A stretch of 64,000 bases of DNA from Tubiluchus corallicola (GCA_030141605.1 JAQGDQ010002383.1:1-64000), one strand, 5' to 3'; shown: positions 1 through 16,356, counted from the first letter of the stretch. The notes: a model not told the origin generated them from the letters alone. Program-made: numbers and translations.

Positions 1-122
1 TTGTCACCTTGCCGTTAGCTTCATCATTGTTGTCGTCTTCTTTATCATAATCGTCTTTATTATTATCTCCATGATCGGCAACATCGTGTTGTGGTCGTTA
101 CGTAAATGATGTTGACGAGCAT

Positions 123-190
<68 letters not shown>

Positions 191-979
191 ATTAAGCTTT
201 ATTGTTTTAGTAGGAAATGGGACATGATTGAACGTAGACTTAGGGTTATTCCGTGCAGCAGCAGTGCCATTAGCAAACTGAGTAAATAATTCGAGGTTAA
301 CATTAATAAGCAACTAAATTCTGAAGAAATTCTACCTAGCAAATCTAGATCAGTAATGTTGCTATAATGGCCTTCTACTTACGTAAATATTATTGCTCCG
401 TCTCCAATAAAGGCGCAAGGCGCAAAGGTATTAATAGCTGCTCCGCTGCATACACCTTTACGCTAACTCGCGTTCTTTTTTTACCTGGTAGGGTTTGTGA
501 GAGTTCTTTCCCAAAGGCCATATTGTAATCTCACTGATAATTAGCTTCTGCAAAAGCCACGATCAAACTGTATAATCATGCAAGCTTAATCCTGGACACT
601 ACATCAATACGGTTGTATTGATATGAATTTACTATAATTAGTATAATTAGAAGTGCATTATAATTATATTGAGACTCTACCAAAGGCGCAATGTTCTCAC
701 CATGGAACAGTCGCATAAAAAGGCTTAAATTTGCGGCTTAAATTGTTAATAATGACTAGCATGAAACTGCCTGTTTGGGAAAAGTCGGTAGTAATGAAAT
801 GATTTTCTAGTGTTATATTCAAAATTGAAACATGATAGGGCAATGAAAAGTGAATACAGTGAAAGAGCGTGATCAGTTTTGCAATAATTTATTCAGTAAT
901 GCGTATGTAAATACTGTAATCGTGTTATTGCAGAAACAACTTTTATAAAAAGCTTTAACACATAAAATACTAAAATCAT

Positions 980-1050
980 GACAAACGTTTCGACTGCACA
1001 GCCTAACAGTCACCTTCAGTGTGATAAAGTATACAAACAGCAACCAGTTT
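980..1050 (-). mobile_element. Penelope-like element terminal fragment with minimal hammerhead-like motif
   Basis: Minus strand reads CTGAAGG-T-GACTG-loop-CAGTC-GAAACG. Related sequence occurs at 32520-33105. Confidence 0.4.
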
Positions 1051-1641
1051 TATAGACAAAGCCTACAATACACAAAAATAACTAATTATGTATTCACCTG
1101 AAATTAAATAAAAACGACGAGTAATGTATATAGAATGCACCGGTCGATGTGAGTCGTAATTTTTCTACTTGCAGTTTATTTTCATAATGCCCTGCATTCT
1201 TTGACAGCCAATATGAGAATTGTTGCAATTAGACTGTTAGTACATTAATTTTCTAAACAACTGAAAATAGTATTAGATCTACATAGATTTACACACAGAT
1301 AATACACGCATAGAATTATTCACTCACTCTCTCATTACCACTAGTTTCACTAAACCATAAAAGGCATTAAATGAGACCTTTATTTATTGTAGTATGTATA
1401 CTTGACAGCAGGTTAGTCAAAGCCAAATAACAAAAATATTATCTACATACGATAAATACACATGGTTACTAATTGGAGGTAATTGACCGCTGCATTGGAA
1501 TTTTTCTTTTAAATAAACTATCCGAAATGCAAAGCGTTGGGTTACTCGGATATTTAGTTTTTTTCTGCCTAATTCCCAGGATATCTTCATTCAAAATGCT
1601 ATTTGCAGTTATTATGTATCCGTTTTTACTTTTCGACGGAA

Positions 1642-2723
<1,082 letters not shown>

Positions 2724-5700
2724 ATCTCACCTCTTCTGCTCTCCCTCTCTTTCGTTCTAGTCGTTGCCTATTTAACATGCCCTGTGAAATTCGTCCAAAG
2801 CTTAAAGCTCCTGTGTGGCTGGTAGGTGAAGCTACAATTCCACTAATCCCTCCTAACCACATACCAAATATTGTGGCCCTAGCTCAAAAACTGTGGGAGC
2901 AGATGGATCCTAAAGAAAAGACCCGACCGCTCCTTGACCTTTGAACCAGCAACTCGGGTCACACGTATACGTAGATAACTTTGCCTAGAAAGTTTAACCT
3001 GCGAGTTTTATGTCCCTAGCCTTCACCATGTAAAAAGTCACAAATTGGGGGTCTCCAAATTTTGCATTTTGGCCCCTCACTCGGGCGTTTAAAGCTTGTC
3101 AGCTTTTAAAAACCCCAAGTGCACACCTACCCCTTATTACCCAAATACTCGTGAAAAAAATGCAAAAAACGAAAGCCCTACGATGAGATACGACCTAAAG
3201 GAAAAAGTGACCGACATTCACTGCCCTGCCCCCTTGACTAGTCTTCAATGGTCTCCACACTTTTGTACGTCCCTCGCGTCGGCTACCAAGCCTGCGAGTT
3301 TGGTGACCCTAGCTTGCAAGCCTTATGAGTTATTAAGCGTTAAAGTGGCGGAGAATAAATAAATAATGATCACTCAACGAGAAACAGTAAGATTTTTCTA
3401 TGGCAAAATCTTAATTAAGCATCCCATTTTTTAACTCTTTGGATACGATGACCTCAAAAACCTGGGATGGCGTGGAAAATTTGAGGTGAACTCAACGATC
3501 GGGTATCGCTCATGGGTCACCTTGCTACTTTATTAAACCTAACTTGGCTTCAACGCAGTTACAAATCATCGGCATCATAATTGACAAGTCATAACTTACA
3601 TGTCATTATAATGTTGTCGTTACCATCATCATAGTCGTCGTCGTCATCATCATCATCGTCGTGGTCGCCGTCATAATGACAAGATAATCTTTTTAAATTT
3701 GTTCGCGAAGGAGTAATTTCAGTAAACACGAGGCAAGCACAAATAAAAACCGAATTTCTCAATTTATCCTGTGACATGCTAAATATAATTAATGGTAATC
3801 TTGTTATAATATGGTCTTCTGGCAAATATTGTTACTCTGTCTCTGAAAAAAGCGTTAATAGCGGGCTTCTATTGCACAAAATGTTGCTCATGTCATTTAT
3901 GTACTCATGACGGGTTTGCAGCCTCAGGCCTGGCTTCTTTTCCAACGGACATACTTTAACCTGCAGTTAGTGCGATTAAATCTTATCATCATACAGTTTC
4001 ATCAAACTGTACACAAGTCATAACGGATACTTTCTATCATAGCTCTCTGGACATTTATTCATTTCTTTACTTTTCACTGTAACCCATTACCTGGTTTTGC
4101 CTTTGGCCTTCTCTGGACGATTTGTATAAACAAACCTTGCAAGCAAATGTCAGGGCGTAACATCAATAAGGTAATATGGACTTTCCTGCGTAATTAATGC
4201 AGTTAATGAGGTAATATTATTATACTGAAGCTCTACACGAAGCGCAATGTTCTCGCCATGGCAACAGTCACATAAAAAACTACTCGCGATTGGCTTTGTT
4301 AATAATAATCACCATAAAAATACCTCTATAAGACTAACTGACGTCAAATATATTGGTCTATCGCTCCGCCCCCGCTGCAACGTAAGCACGCTCAGCAGCA
4401 TTCGGGACAACTGCTCACGCAAGACAACAACTGTCTAAGCTAAACTAAACTAAACTAAATAACATGACAGTCACAACTAATGTCTAATCAGCATAAACAC
4501 AAATTTGCAGAGCAGCAGCTATTTTAACACAAAATTAACACTTCAAGTAGCCAAAAAACGACTTTTCAATTTAAATAGAATGTAGAGACGAAGTTTCAAA
4601 GCACTACAAAAAACAGAGACATAAACATAATAAAGAAACTAAGCCAGTTAGCCTTGCTTTGCAATAAATGAGTAACAAAAATATTGAGTCTCTCTTGCCT
4701 TTAAACATACGAACATCAAGCCTGCGATGTATACCTGAGATGTAGGAGGATTGAGGTACGATGTTGAAAGAATACTCAGCGACATTGATCAGTGGTCACA
4801 TGTAGTTAGCGTATTCACTTTAATAAACAAGTTTTCATAGATTAACGAGCTAGGATTTAAAACGGTGCATTACATTCGAAGTAAGATTATTTATAAGAAA
4901 AACTGTTGCATTAAAAACTAAAACGTAATATGGCACCTGAAAAGTAAAATAGTATGATCAGTTTTTTTAATTATTTGATAATGCATATGTGAGTAATCGT
5001 ATTTTGTTTCAAAGGATACACAATTTCTTTTCATATATTTTATTTTTCATATACTTTTTTTCATTTAAACAACTGGTTTTCAGATTTGTGCGTACTGTGT
5101 ACAAACTGTACATACACTGTAAAGTGTAGTGTATGCCTGCAAATTAGGCTATTTTTCAAGTCCAAGAATTATGATAATAATTTCTTCCATCTGACTTTTT
5201 CTCTGTCTGTAAGTCTGTCCGCTGGTCTACCTGTTTGTCCTTCTGTCTGTGTGCTTATATATCCGTTTAATGGTTTGTGTACACGCGCTACCGGCAGAAA
5301 ATGCCTTATTAACATCATAGTTGACACAGGTATAATATCTTGTAAATTTCTTATTCTCTTTTTGGGTTGAGAGGTTAAGGTCTGGTCAAGGTTATTAAAA
5401 CAAATCACATCATTAGTATTATTATAATTAAGATAATTATAATAATATAATCGAAGGGTGATTTATATTCAGATACATTTTGGTATTGACAATAATTACA
5501 CCGCGAGGAGTTTAAAACTTTTCTGCTGGTAGTGTTTTTTAAGATCAAATCGACAAGGTTGTTTTTTTCCATTTGCAGTTTGTTTTCAATGTGACTTATT
5601 CTTTGCATTGCGTGACGACAAACTTGAATAATGGCGCATTATGCAATACTTGTGTTTCTACATATAAGTGCTGGAACTCAAAGATGAAAACACTGTTCAC

Positions 5701-5724
5701 GTTAATTTTGCAAACAAAAATGAA

Positions 5725-6295
5725 AAACAACGAAAATCGCTGCAACTGTAGCAGTAACAACAAAAAACAGCAACAAAGACAAAGACAGCAACAGCAATTG
5801 CATCAACAGCAACCGCAACAGCAGCAGCAACAACAACAACAACAACGCAACTACGCAAACAACAACAACAACAGTATAATTTGACAGTAGCAACAACATA
5901 CAGTGACATCTACAGTGACAACAACAACAGTAAGCCGCATTTGGAATAGCAACAACAACAGCAGCAACAGCAGCGAAAGAAATAGCAATAGTGACAAAAA
6001 GGCAAAATCAACAACGACAAAGACAGCGACAAGGACAACAACAACAGCATGATTTGAAAGCAGCAACAACAACGACATCTACAGTGACAACAACAACAGT
6101 AAGCTGCAATTGGAATAACAAGGGCAACAGCAACAGCAGCAATAACAAGACTAACGACAACAGCAACAGCAGCGAAAGAAATAGCAATAGCAACAAAACG
6201 ACAAAAACAACAGCAACAGAAACAATAATAGCAACAACAGCAGCAACTACAACTAGCAGCAAAATGAAAAGTAACAGAAATAAAAAGCAAAAAAA
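5725..6295. repeat. (CAA/CAG)-rich degenerate trinucleotide repeat
   Basis: Direct reading. It gives poly-Q/N/T ORFs in several frames with no splice context. Confidence 0.85.
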
Positions 6296-9200
6296 CTACA
6301 GTTACGGCTTACGTGACTATATTACCGTGCAAAATAAATCGGCAAAACAGAAAATGCATTTAGGCTTTCAAAGGCTGTTTCGTATGCTACTCATCAAAGA
6401 AGCCAAACTTAATTCCACCCTTTCATCACTGACGATTTTAATTTTAAACTGATACGCAATTTCCTGTGTGGAAGTTAAATGCGGAAGTTCACTTCTGAGC
6501 TGCATGTCCATAAGCAGAAACGGCAGGAGCAAGCAGCATCATTAACGAATCGATTTTTCACTTATTATACTTACTCTACGCGTTGAGAACGCACTAAACT
6601 GATTTGTCAACAGCGAAAAATTGTATTACTGTCACATGCATTAGCGTGCAAAGTTAACTAAAAGCAGAAACTTTGCTTGTTATTGGGACAAAATCCAAAT
6701 AGCAGCAAGCAACTACCCATTGAGTCTAACTGGTCTCAAACATAACTTCAGAGACGCTGGTTTCTTTGACTTTTAGCACTAGCTATTTAAAAGTAGAGTA
6801 ATTAGAACTATATAGAAGAATAAATTAACTTATATGGCACGGCAACCATTGATTAAATTAATGTAATTACCTTAGTGTGATAATCAAATTAAAAGCTGGT
6901 TCTAGGAGACAGTCCCACGGGTACTTACCATAAACTGAGAACAGAGAATCGCAGTTTTATCAAATTAAATGATTTAATAAAACAGCAATTAATCAGGGTT
7001 GGCCTATCCATTTTGTGAGGCAATGATTTTTCGTGATGTAATATGAAGTGCACTAATATTATATCTTTTAAAACACGCACTAGTCAGGCAACCAATTTAT
7101 ATGCCTACATTCTAGCAACAATTCTTCGCATTTTTGTAAGTTGAGGTCTTTGTAATTGTCGTGAAACTTCCGTTGAATAAATTATGAACAGAAGTCTTGA
7201 GGCTTGCAGATATGCAAGTTTCTTAGACGCGGACTGCAGCAAACAATAACACAACTTTATGGACACAACACTGTGGAAATGGAATAAATTATAACGCCTC
7301 GAAATCTAAAGTAGCAAAATGTTACATAGCCCTACATGTCGGCATCTGTGTGATAGAAAGAAAAACAATAGGCGATCTGACGTCGCAGAAATGATGCATA
7401 ACTCAATGTCAAAAAAATTCAACATTCTGATGTTACGGGATTATATACGATCTCGACATTCTATAATCTATTGATATTTTATACTTCTCATGCTCTAACG
7501 TACATAATTATATGACAAGTTAACTCAAAAGATTGTGGTACTGACATAAGGTGAAAAGAGAACCGATACAGGTAATTAAAAAAATCCTACGCAACTTTTC
7601 TGAAATTTCTCTTTCGCACTTCCATGCACTGCAGTCGAATTCTTGCAGATTTGCAATCGCTTCCCAACAACCTTTCTCGCAGAACGAAGCTGGTCGGCAG
7701 GTAAACACGGGATAATTACCAATTTAGCAGATTCTGTGCAGATTAATCATGGTTTTGCACGGTATGCCTGACATTTGCCGCAATGTTTGCGCGCCATGTG
7801 GCCACATGCATGGCGGGTTTTGTCAACATGGACTACATTTACTCAGCCGCCGATTAAAGCGCAAATTAACAAGCTCGGAACCACATCTATGCACGAAACC
7901 ATCAGGAAACTATCATAATTATTCCTGTTATGCACATCGCTGCAGAGCCCATGAAGTGACATTTAAAAAAATGAAATTGTATTGCGATATTGGTTATTGC
8001 GATGTGTCGCAAAAACTACAAAACGATTACGATATTTCGCTAGACTATATAACACTAACTGTTACGGCTAACGTATAACGCAAAACGGTATTACACTGGC
8101 ACGTATCACAAAGTAGTCGCGACTCGCGAGAGATTTCTCAACTTTAGGGCCCGTAATTTTAACCAAAAACTAACGAACTGTAACTTATGATTTTTTGTAA
8201 GCCAGAAGCTAAAAAGATTGTGAAGTTTCCTTACTATTCAGTGATATATAACAGCTAAACTATAACTATTAACAGCTAAATTTAAGATTTAATTGCATAA
8301 TTTGCGATTATGTAATAATTGTGTCACTGGTCATAGTTTTAAATGGTTGTCTGCGCTGCTCGCATACTGTTCAAAAATTCAAAAGAAACACATTTAAATT
8401 ATTAAAAATATTTTAAAAATGGGCAAAATAACGATTAACAGCAAAATTCCCTGTGTTCGTACTTTACAAAACAATAATAAGTACAAATATATTTGAGACC
8501 CAAAAGCTTGTGTGGCTTATTACGGCCTATAAAAACTATGACAGTGTTAATTAGGCCTATAAGTTAACAACTAATGCAATCAATTAAATTTAATTACAGC
8601 ACCAAAAAATGCAATATCAGTTGAGTTAGCGTCAGGAAACAACGAGAGAGGTTGAAAACATACAAATACGCAGCTGCAGCTATAACATTACTTAGGGTAC
8701 AACCAATTAATATAATTTTCTAATGAAAATAATGAAAATAGAGTTTGGTAAATTATACTACTGGATGAAGAATGTTTGTTTGTAAATCTGGACTTAAAGT
8801 CTACTGATGCTAGGCATTGGAGTTTAGGGTTGGTAGAATTTCATATATAGCTACACCGAGGTACTCTATTGAAAAATTACAAAAATTGATATTACATTTT
8901 ATTGAGTGATAGTTACGGTTGTTAGGAGTGTTATGTACAAGAATATTTAAATTTTGTTCAAAACAGTTAACAAATGTCGGGGAAGTAAATTTTGATTTTA
9001 TTTGTACAAAAACTGCTTCAAATTTATTTACATAATAAAAGATTTAAAAATCCAAGATTCTTATTTAGCAACAGTTTCATTGCTCGATAGGTATAATATA
9101 GTTTTAGCAATTCGTTCTTAAAGAACATAAATTTCTGTCTATTTTGCCTTCGGCAACACAGAAATGGTCACAGACGTGAAAACTGAAAATGTAAGCTTAC

Positions 9201-12200
9201 TTTTTAATAACGGCTCGTTTGCACGCGACTCAACTGGTGATAAGACATTTGAATTTGGAAAGCGTGCACTACACTAATCGGTATAATACAAATTTAAGCG
9301 TTGACGATATCGATCATTACTCATACAGAATCAGAAATTTTCAGCAAACGTCTCACGACATAATATGACCAGTTTAAACTTATAATTATGAACAAAAGTC
9401 ATGTTGCTAATCTAGAAACATGCGAATGATTAGGCACAAATTCGTCATTATAATTAGCTACATTTGTTGGTGTGAACAAATTAAAATCTTTTTCTACTAT
9501 AGGAACACTTCCTAGGAAAATTCTGTCCATTTTCTTACATCACTAAGACTTCGCATTATACATCACTGACTCATCAATGAGTGTCTGTAGCACCAGAGTT
9601 TTCTTTTGAATATGATTTATTCGAAATTGCGCCAAAGGCAATTTCATCGTGAATGAGATATATGCACAATATCGACGTGTGATCAGTGAGTAATTGTTGC
9701 AGAAAATTTAAAACGACATTCTAAGAAAAGATGTTCTGTTATTTAGGAAATCGAGCTAAAACTCAGCTAATGGCCTACGCTTTATATATCTAACAACCTC
9801 TATTTTGCCAAATTTATTTGCAATCTTATATCTGTTGTAGTACATTTCACAATTTTAGGTTTCTGCGACGAGGAGATAACGAGTGCATATAATTGTATGC
9901 ATAATAAATGCAACTGTAAATTAGCTTTTACATAGTACTCGATAACTTATACATAATATATGGTATGCTAGTAAGACAATACCTATACTTATAAATGCAA
10001 CTGTAAATTAGCCTTTACATAGTACTCGATAACTTATTCACAAACTAGTGCGATAAATAAGAGAAAAAGCAATCGTGCGTGTGTCATATACTGCGTTGCA
10101 ATTAAACATGTCAACACAAGTGAACACTAACAATACTTTCGAAGGATAATCTTTCACGAAATTATCCGTTTGCTAATTACTGCAACCCGCAGCATCCGTA
10201 GTCATGACAACGCATCACGCAAACATAATCCTGGTTAACTTGCTTCGCAGCTTCTTTTTATGACCATAAGCCTACATAATCGTGCTACGTGTCATACTTT
10301 TTTAATTTCTATGCGCAGATAATATAATGCGTCAAATTATGATGAATATTTTCTATTGTTCACCTTGCTATGCGCGCAGCGCGCTAAACCATAAAATTGA
10401 CCACAGCGTCAGCTTGTTATAATTAATTGAGCCAAAATGTGGAGACTTCAGGAAGTCGTTATTCGATTAACAACTATAAGCCTATATATAATCACACTCG
10501 ATCGAAAAACTTGCAACAGCTAAGAGCCCCTCTCTCTCTCTTCTCTCTCTGCAGAGTAGTGGCGTGAATCTCGTTGTCATGGGAGCAACTGGAAATTCTT
10601 AAGCTAATGTTTTTGCTATTATTTTCTGTCAATAATTAAAACTTTTGCGCGCAAAACTCTAACCTAAAACAAATCAAAACGAAATGAACTTTGAATTTAA
10701 TTGAATTTTTATTTATTTATTTGTATCGTACAACAGCAGTATACAACAAAGTGTCAGTAACAATTAAGCAGTTAGAGAGATAATTGTATCTCACATTTAT
10801 TTTTTTTATTTTCATCTTTATTTTGCCTAGTTCATTTCACTAGTTTGCTACATTTGCCATTTCAGTCTATTTATTTTTGCTACATTTATTTTCAACTACA
10901 TTGTCATTTTAGCTGCGTGTCTTGACAATTTTCTACAATCAGTTATCTTTATTAATAATTGCTCATTCAAGGCTGGTATTATAGATTATATATGATGCTT
11001 TTATTTAGTTTTAAATTATTCTGTTAATTATTATGCCTTACAATTATCACCTATTTTTAATAAAAAAAAATGTGTGCTTTATATTGCCATTTCAGTTTAT
11101 TTTTATGCATTGCTTATCTCAGAACCGTTTTTTTACTTTGTGCTACTCCATATTTTGATTTATACAGTTTTTTATATCTAAATTGTTTGTCTAATTTGCA
11201 AACATAATGTCTGTTGTTTTATGCTGTTTGATTTTGGTATTTTGTTTTGTCATTTAAAACTAGTTTTTGTTACCATTTATATATTATATATATAATTATT
11301 TATATTATATATATTTTTACATTTACAATTATTATATTTTTACATTTTGACAGTCATTTGTTTTGTCTATATTTTAAATCGTCACTAAATGTTCTTCTAC
11401 GAACTAAAAGGGTGGCTGACTTGCTAACCTAAGTAACGTTTACGGTTATTTCGCCACCCTTTTTCTAAATTAGTACTCAATTTGTTTGTGTGTTTGTTTA
11501 TTGTGTAGGCTATAGTTACAAAAAAGATCAGTAAATTTGATCTGAATTTGGCAAAAGCTGTGAAGAAAGACCATTACTCTGTCACTGAACATCCACTTTT
11601 CACTCATATAACTATGATAAAAGTATAAGTTAATGGAGTTAGTACACAAGAAGCTTATCTTTGTATGAGAACACGTGTAATAATTAATACAGATGCTAAT
11701 GGAAATTAATTAGCATTTTTGTTAATTGGCAACGAAAATAACAATGTGACATAGGCTACAAGTAGGTGCAGAAAAGGTAACAATCAAGGCAAAAATGATA
11801 AACACACTTTTAGTTATTTAAATTAAAACAATGAGATGATATCACTAAAAAGATGACAGAAATAATTTAAAAATCAGCAAAATAAACGTGTAAGAGAAAG
11901 CTATAACAGTCAACACTCATGCAGCCTATTACGTAAACGCTGACGCAAAGTACCAGTGCCAAAGTTTAAAACACGTAAAATTTAATGTCTGTATAATAAA
12001 TGAATACAACGTGCCATGTCTGCTGATTATGTAGTAACTGTGTTCCGGTGGGCATTTTTGGTTAAGTAAGTAAGTAACCAATTTGTCATTATGGCATAAT
12101 ACATACAATGAAATTTATGTGGTTATACGTATTGCAGTAACTTATGGAAACAACAAGGATATTAAAACAAATAATTCAATCAGCTGAAAAGGAGCATAAA

Positions 12201-12229
12201 GAATTAATATTGGAGATTTCCTGAAATTT

Positions 12230-12620
12230 ACTGTTGATGGTGCGAATTGCAACGGAATAGAAAGAATTCTTGTGGTTTTAGCGTTAATTGAGCGGAATTT
12301 ACGACCAGAAGGGGAGCATTTCAAAATATTTATTACCTGGATGGAATTCATCTTTCATGGTAACTTGCGCTCTCTTTGCCACCCCTTCATACAAATATGC
12401 CATAGATTGCTGTTCAATTCCTAGAATTTTTGAGGCGGATTTAATAACTTGATCAAGAACATTGCGATCTCCCTGCGTGGTAGCGCCATACCAAACAGTA
12501 AGGGATGTTGCTAAGACGCTCTCAATTATCGCATGATAAAAACTCTCCATCACAGCAGGGGCAATGTTAAATGATTTGAGTTGTCTTAAAAACTACAAAC
12601 GCTGGCGGGCCGCCTTTTTT
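12230..12620 (-). mobile_element. Non-LTR retrotransposon ORF2 C-terminal relic (DUF1891-like, Rex1/L2 group), frameshifted
   Basis: FYHAIIESVLATSLTVWYG...VIKSASKILG...HPGNKYFEML / PSGRKFRSINAKTTR, split across frames. Confidence 0.75.
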
Positions 12621-12900
12621 AAACCTTGTGTGGTTTAAATATTGGGTGATTGGCTATGACGCAAGAGTCTGTCCTCTGAATATTTTCTGTATATGCAACA
12701 TATACATTATGTACATAATTATGTATTATGACCTGTGATCCACGGATGTTGTAGATTAGAGAATGTTGTTATTGTAGAAAATAACTTGAATTGTCGCTTA
12801 GTTAACTATAGTTAATAATTTCCTGATTTTCAACAAATGTTTTCTATATGGCATGTGGTTTCCTGGTGTTTAGGGTTAAATTTTTCTTTATGTTTTACAG

Positions 12901-15704
12901 GGCTAAAAGCAGCAGTATTAATTCAAACTTGGTACAGACGCCATGTTGCTAAGCTGGAAGCCAGGAGACGAGCTGCATGGAATATATACCAGAAAATAGA
13001 ATATGCTGGTGAACACGATCAGTTGAATGTAGGTGTAATAGAACCTCTGTCAAAACTAATTAAAACTGTCATAATTAGGGATATGGGGTCTTTTGATGAT
13101 GAGAATTTCCATAGGGTGCATTTCGATGGCATTGGTGGAAAAGTGCAGGGTGTCAGCAACAGTTTAATTTTCACGTAGGATTTGATTTTTTGTACAGTTG
13201 ACATTCATGCAGGACTCTGGGCCTACTTAATGTAGATTGTCATTAGAGCATTGAAGCCTTGCTAATTATCAAGGACAATTCTTCAGGATGAGACTCTCAG
13301 CTGTTGTAGAGGCGTTTGACTCATGTTCGCAGTTGGATAAATACATCCTTCCTGAATGAGAAAAATAGCCAGTAGTCATCAATCTTTCTTGCGATAGGCT
13401 CGATTTTGTTCAACTTCTGCTGCTAAGTAGACACCTTGTCTACTGAGCTGTTCCTTTGTCTTGCGATGTTTACCCTAGGGATGCACAGAATATTCGGATC
13501 TCCATATTTTATTTAAACATCTATATTTTACTTAGTCAGAGTAAGATTTACAACATTACATGTTACATTTAAATTGAAAATGAAATTGGACAAGACTTGC
13601 CTGTTTTAGCCCTCTGGACAGACCGACATTTTCACTTGCCATTTACCCTAAGTCGTCTGTTTCATTATTTTCTTGTATTTTTCCAACATGTTTGATTTCC
13701 AGCTAACTCCGACATAGTTCAGTATTTAGGTTACGATCATTATCATAATCAATCACAGAGGTCACTAGAGGTAAAAGATCGGTACAATAATTTTTTTCAA
13801 GTGGTTGTATAAGCTTGAATTAATAATAATTACTTTTTCTTCCTCGAGAATATCCTATCTCCACCTCAAGCACTAAAGATTCGATTAAATGCAATTTATT
13901 CTCTTGAAAATAGGGAGCGACCACTGTACACCATTGTCTCATAACCGACCTGACACTATCAAATTGGTCATTTCAAAATCTATAAGCATAATAAAGGGAA
14001 GAAAGAATGCTTACTATTAAGTCATAACAGACTACGATAAATTTATAGTTCAGTCGCCACACTCCATTTATTTATTATTTCAAGAAATGGCATTCATTTG
14101 ATATATAAATCTTGACGCATTTCTATCCAGCTTTAGTTTCAGTTATAACTATTTTTTACTAAGGAAAAAAGGGCATTCTATCTTTTATCAGTTACAAACG
14201 TTGCTGAATGGGAAGAAAAGAAGCTGTAATTTTTAAGCGTAAGTTTACATATGACAGACTGACAATATCCAGTTGTTAAATGAAATTTTAGATTCATACT
14301 AATTTTTTAAAAAGAAAGCGTGTAGACTTACACATTCAATGTTGATGCTTACATGGGATGTTCGGTATACAGACTAGAATTTAGACTGTATACAGATTTA
14401 GTAATAAAAAAAATTAGGCAGCTCACAAATCACCACAAAACGATTTAAATATTACAAAGTTTATAATTCCTTTCAATTGGAATGTTTGGATTTTCACTAA
14501 TACATTAAAAGAAAATTCGGTTCAATTTCGGCAAAAAAATATGGTTCGCTTCTATCCTGTATTCGACCTTAATTTGATTTTTATTCGGAATTCGGCTCAG
14601 TATGGTTGAGGTTCGGTTCGGATGGCATCCAATCAAAAAAAAATCCGCCTCGGTGCACCCTTAGGTTATTTAACAAAAAATTTTAGGAGTTTTCTTTTTA
14701 TTACTTAAAATTCTGTGTGTAAAAAATTCTTCAAACTATTGAACAAGAACAAAATTTACACTAAAAGTTAACTGATATCAAGCAAAAAATTTAAATCAAT
14801 AGACTTAAAATGAGATGAGAGAATTGTTAAAGTGCATGCTTTTTATTTCACTTGTCTAATATGTTCTGTACGTAAATTATTAGTTGCAGAACATAATTAT
14901 CTTTTCTTGCAGTTGTATAATTTTTTTAATGACATGATTGACCACTTATCCATATCGGATCCTGTAAACACCAAACTGAGTAATAATCTAGTGGTAAAAG
15001 CACAACGGCTTCGAATGTCACGTAAGTTTTTTCATCACTTATTGGTTATTACCTAAATACTAAAAAACTTGTAGTTCAGAAATTTCTATTTTGTCTTGTA
15101 ATATAATTAATTAATTAACTGGCTCAGAAAGCCAATACAGACTTGATTCTGGAGGGTGTAGCGCAAACAGACATTGTTGACATGCTCAGCAAAATCACTG
15201 TGCCACCTTGTTTGATGCAGTACATGGTAGTACATATATACACGTAATAATTATTATACCCACTCGGTGTCTATTGACGGATTCAGCTTGTCGCGTGGCT
15301 ATACCATGTCACTGGAGAAATTAAACAGCATAATGATTAATACAACACTTTTGTTTGAGCTTATTTGTTACAACGATAGGCAAAACTTTACAATTCCCCA
15401 CACACAAGAAATTAGTTCGTGAAGCGGATTAGGATTATGGTTAGGGTTGGGGTTAGGGTTAGGGATAGGGATAGGGTATTTAAATTCTGGGAGGAAGATT
15501 GTAATCTCCTTCTCAGCGATATTTAAAAGTAAGTATTTTTGTATTTTAGCTCAACTCAGTACAGAAGAAGATGACGTGGAGTTTCTGAAAGCTACCGATC
15601 CCATACGTTGCACTGTGCCCACATTGTACAAAGGTCCAGTAATTCAGTTTCCTCTTTCACAGGGAACAGTAGAGACGCTAATGGAACATTTTAAAAAGAA
15701 ACAG
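12901..15704 (+). CDS. PPEF: PPEF/rdgC Ser/Thr phosphatase, N-terminal (IQ motif) exons only
   Basis: Exons 12901-13028, 14913-15021 and 15550-15704, all AG/GT bounded and phase-compatible. They encode [50 protein letters not shown]...[26 protein letters not shown], the PPEF IQ plus pre-catalytic segment. The start exon was not identified, and no catalytic GDxHG or EF-hand exons were found downstream. Confidence 0.85.
13476..14663. mobile_element. Putative non-autonomous hAT-like DNA transposon in PPEF intron
   Basis: Imperfect TIRs TAGGGATGCACAGA ... TCGGTGCACCCTTA with subterminal TTCGG repeats. No clear TSD. Confidence 0.4.
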
Positions 15705-16314
15705 GTAACCACAAGCAATTGCTACTGCCTGTTTTAACGAATTTTCGCATGTAACGTGCAAATACTACTAATATCAGGCAGGTGTGATGTAAAATTCAAC
15801 CCATGTCAATTGTTTCCTACACTGCAACCAGAGCAATTAATTTGAATTTGGTTATGCATGTATTTTCTTAAATTTTAATTTTTCAGAAGAAGAAGAGCTG
15901 AATGGTCAGAGTGTGTGTTTGTGTACGATAGTTTTTTGTGCAATAGCCGAGAAAGTTGTTTCTGAGTGATTTCGGTGCCTGCGGCAATAAATTTACCTGG
16001 TTAAATGAAAACCGGATGATTGTGTAAACATTAGTTCGGAATAAAGAATACTGTAAAGTAGGATAGATGTTACACCTCTGGCCGATTTCCCGGGGGGGGT
16101 GGGGATTTCCCCGGGGGGGTGGGGAAAAACACCCCTAAAAAAGTGCGAAAATCCGGGAAAACCCCTAAAAAAGTGTGAAAACCCGTGTGAAAGTGCGCAC
16201 GTGACCGAAATCGACGAAAAAGCGCGAAAAACAAAGAAAAACGAAGAAAAGGCGTGTGAAACGAGGTAAAAATTTTCCATTTTTTCCCTCCCGCACGGCT
16301 TCATTTGGATCGAA

Positions 16315-16356
16315 TGACCTTGAACTCTAGGTCACGTGACCAAAGTTCATTGACCC
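16315..16356. promoter_or_regulatory. Cluster of nuclear-receptor half-sites and E-box in element terminus (mirror copy ~20516-20558)
   Basis: TGACCTTGAACT (reverse strand contains TCAAGGTCA, an NR5A/FTZ-F1-type site), palindrome GGTCACGTGACC, and AGTTCA-T-TGACCC (IR1). Function is inferred only. Confidence 0.35.

Noticed and set aside
9164-11625. Candidate upstream PPEF exons (MVTDVKTEN at ~9164, MGATGNS at ~10579, open stretch ~11509-11622)
   Set aside because: No recognisable homology, and none gives the phase-1 donor needed for the 12901 exon.
15437-15478. TTAGGG-like telomeric hexamers
   Set aside because: Only a few degenerate units inside an intron; typical of a dispersed repeat.
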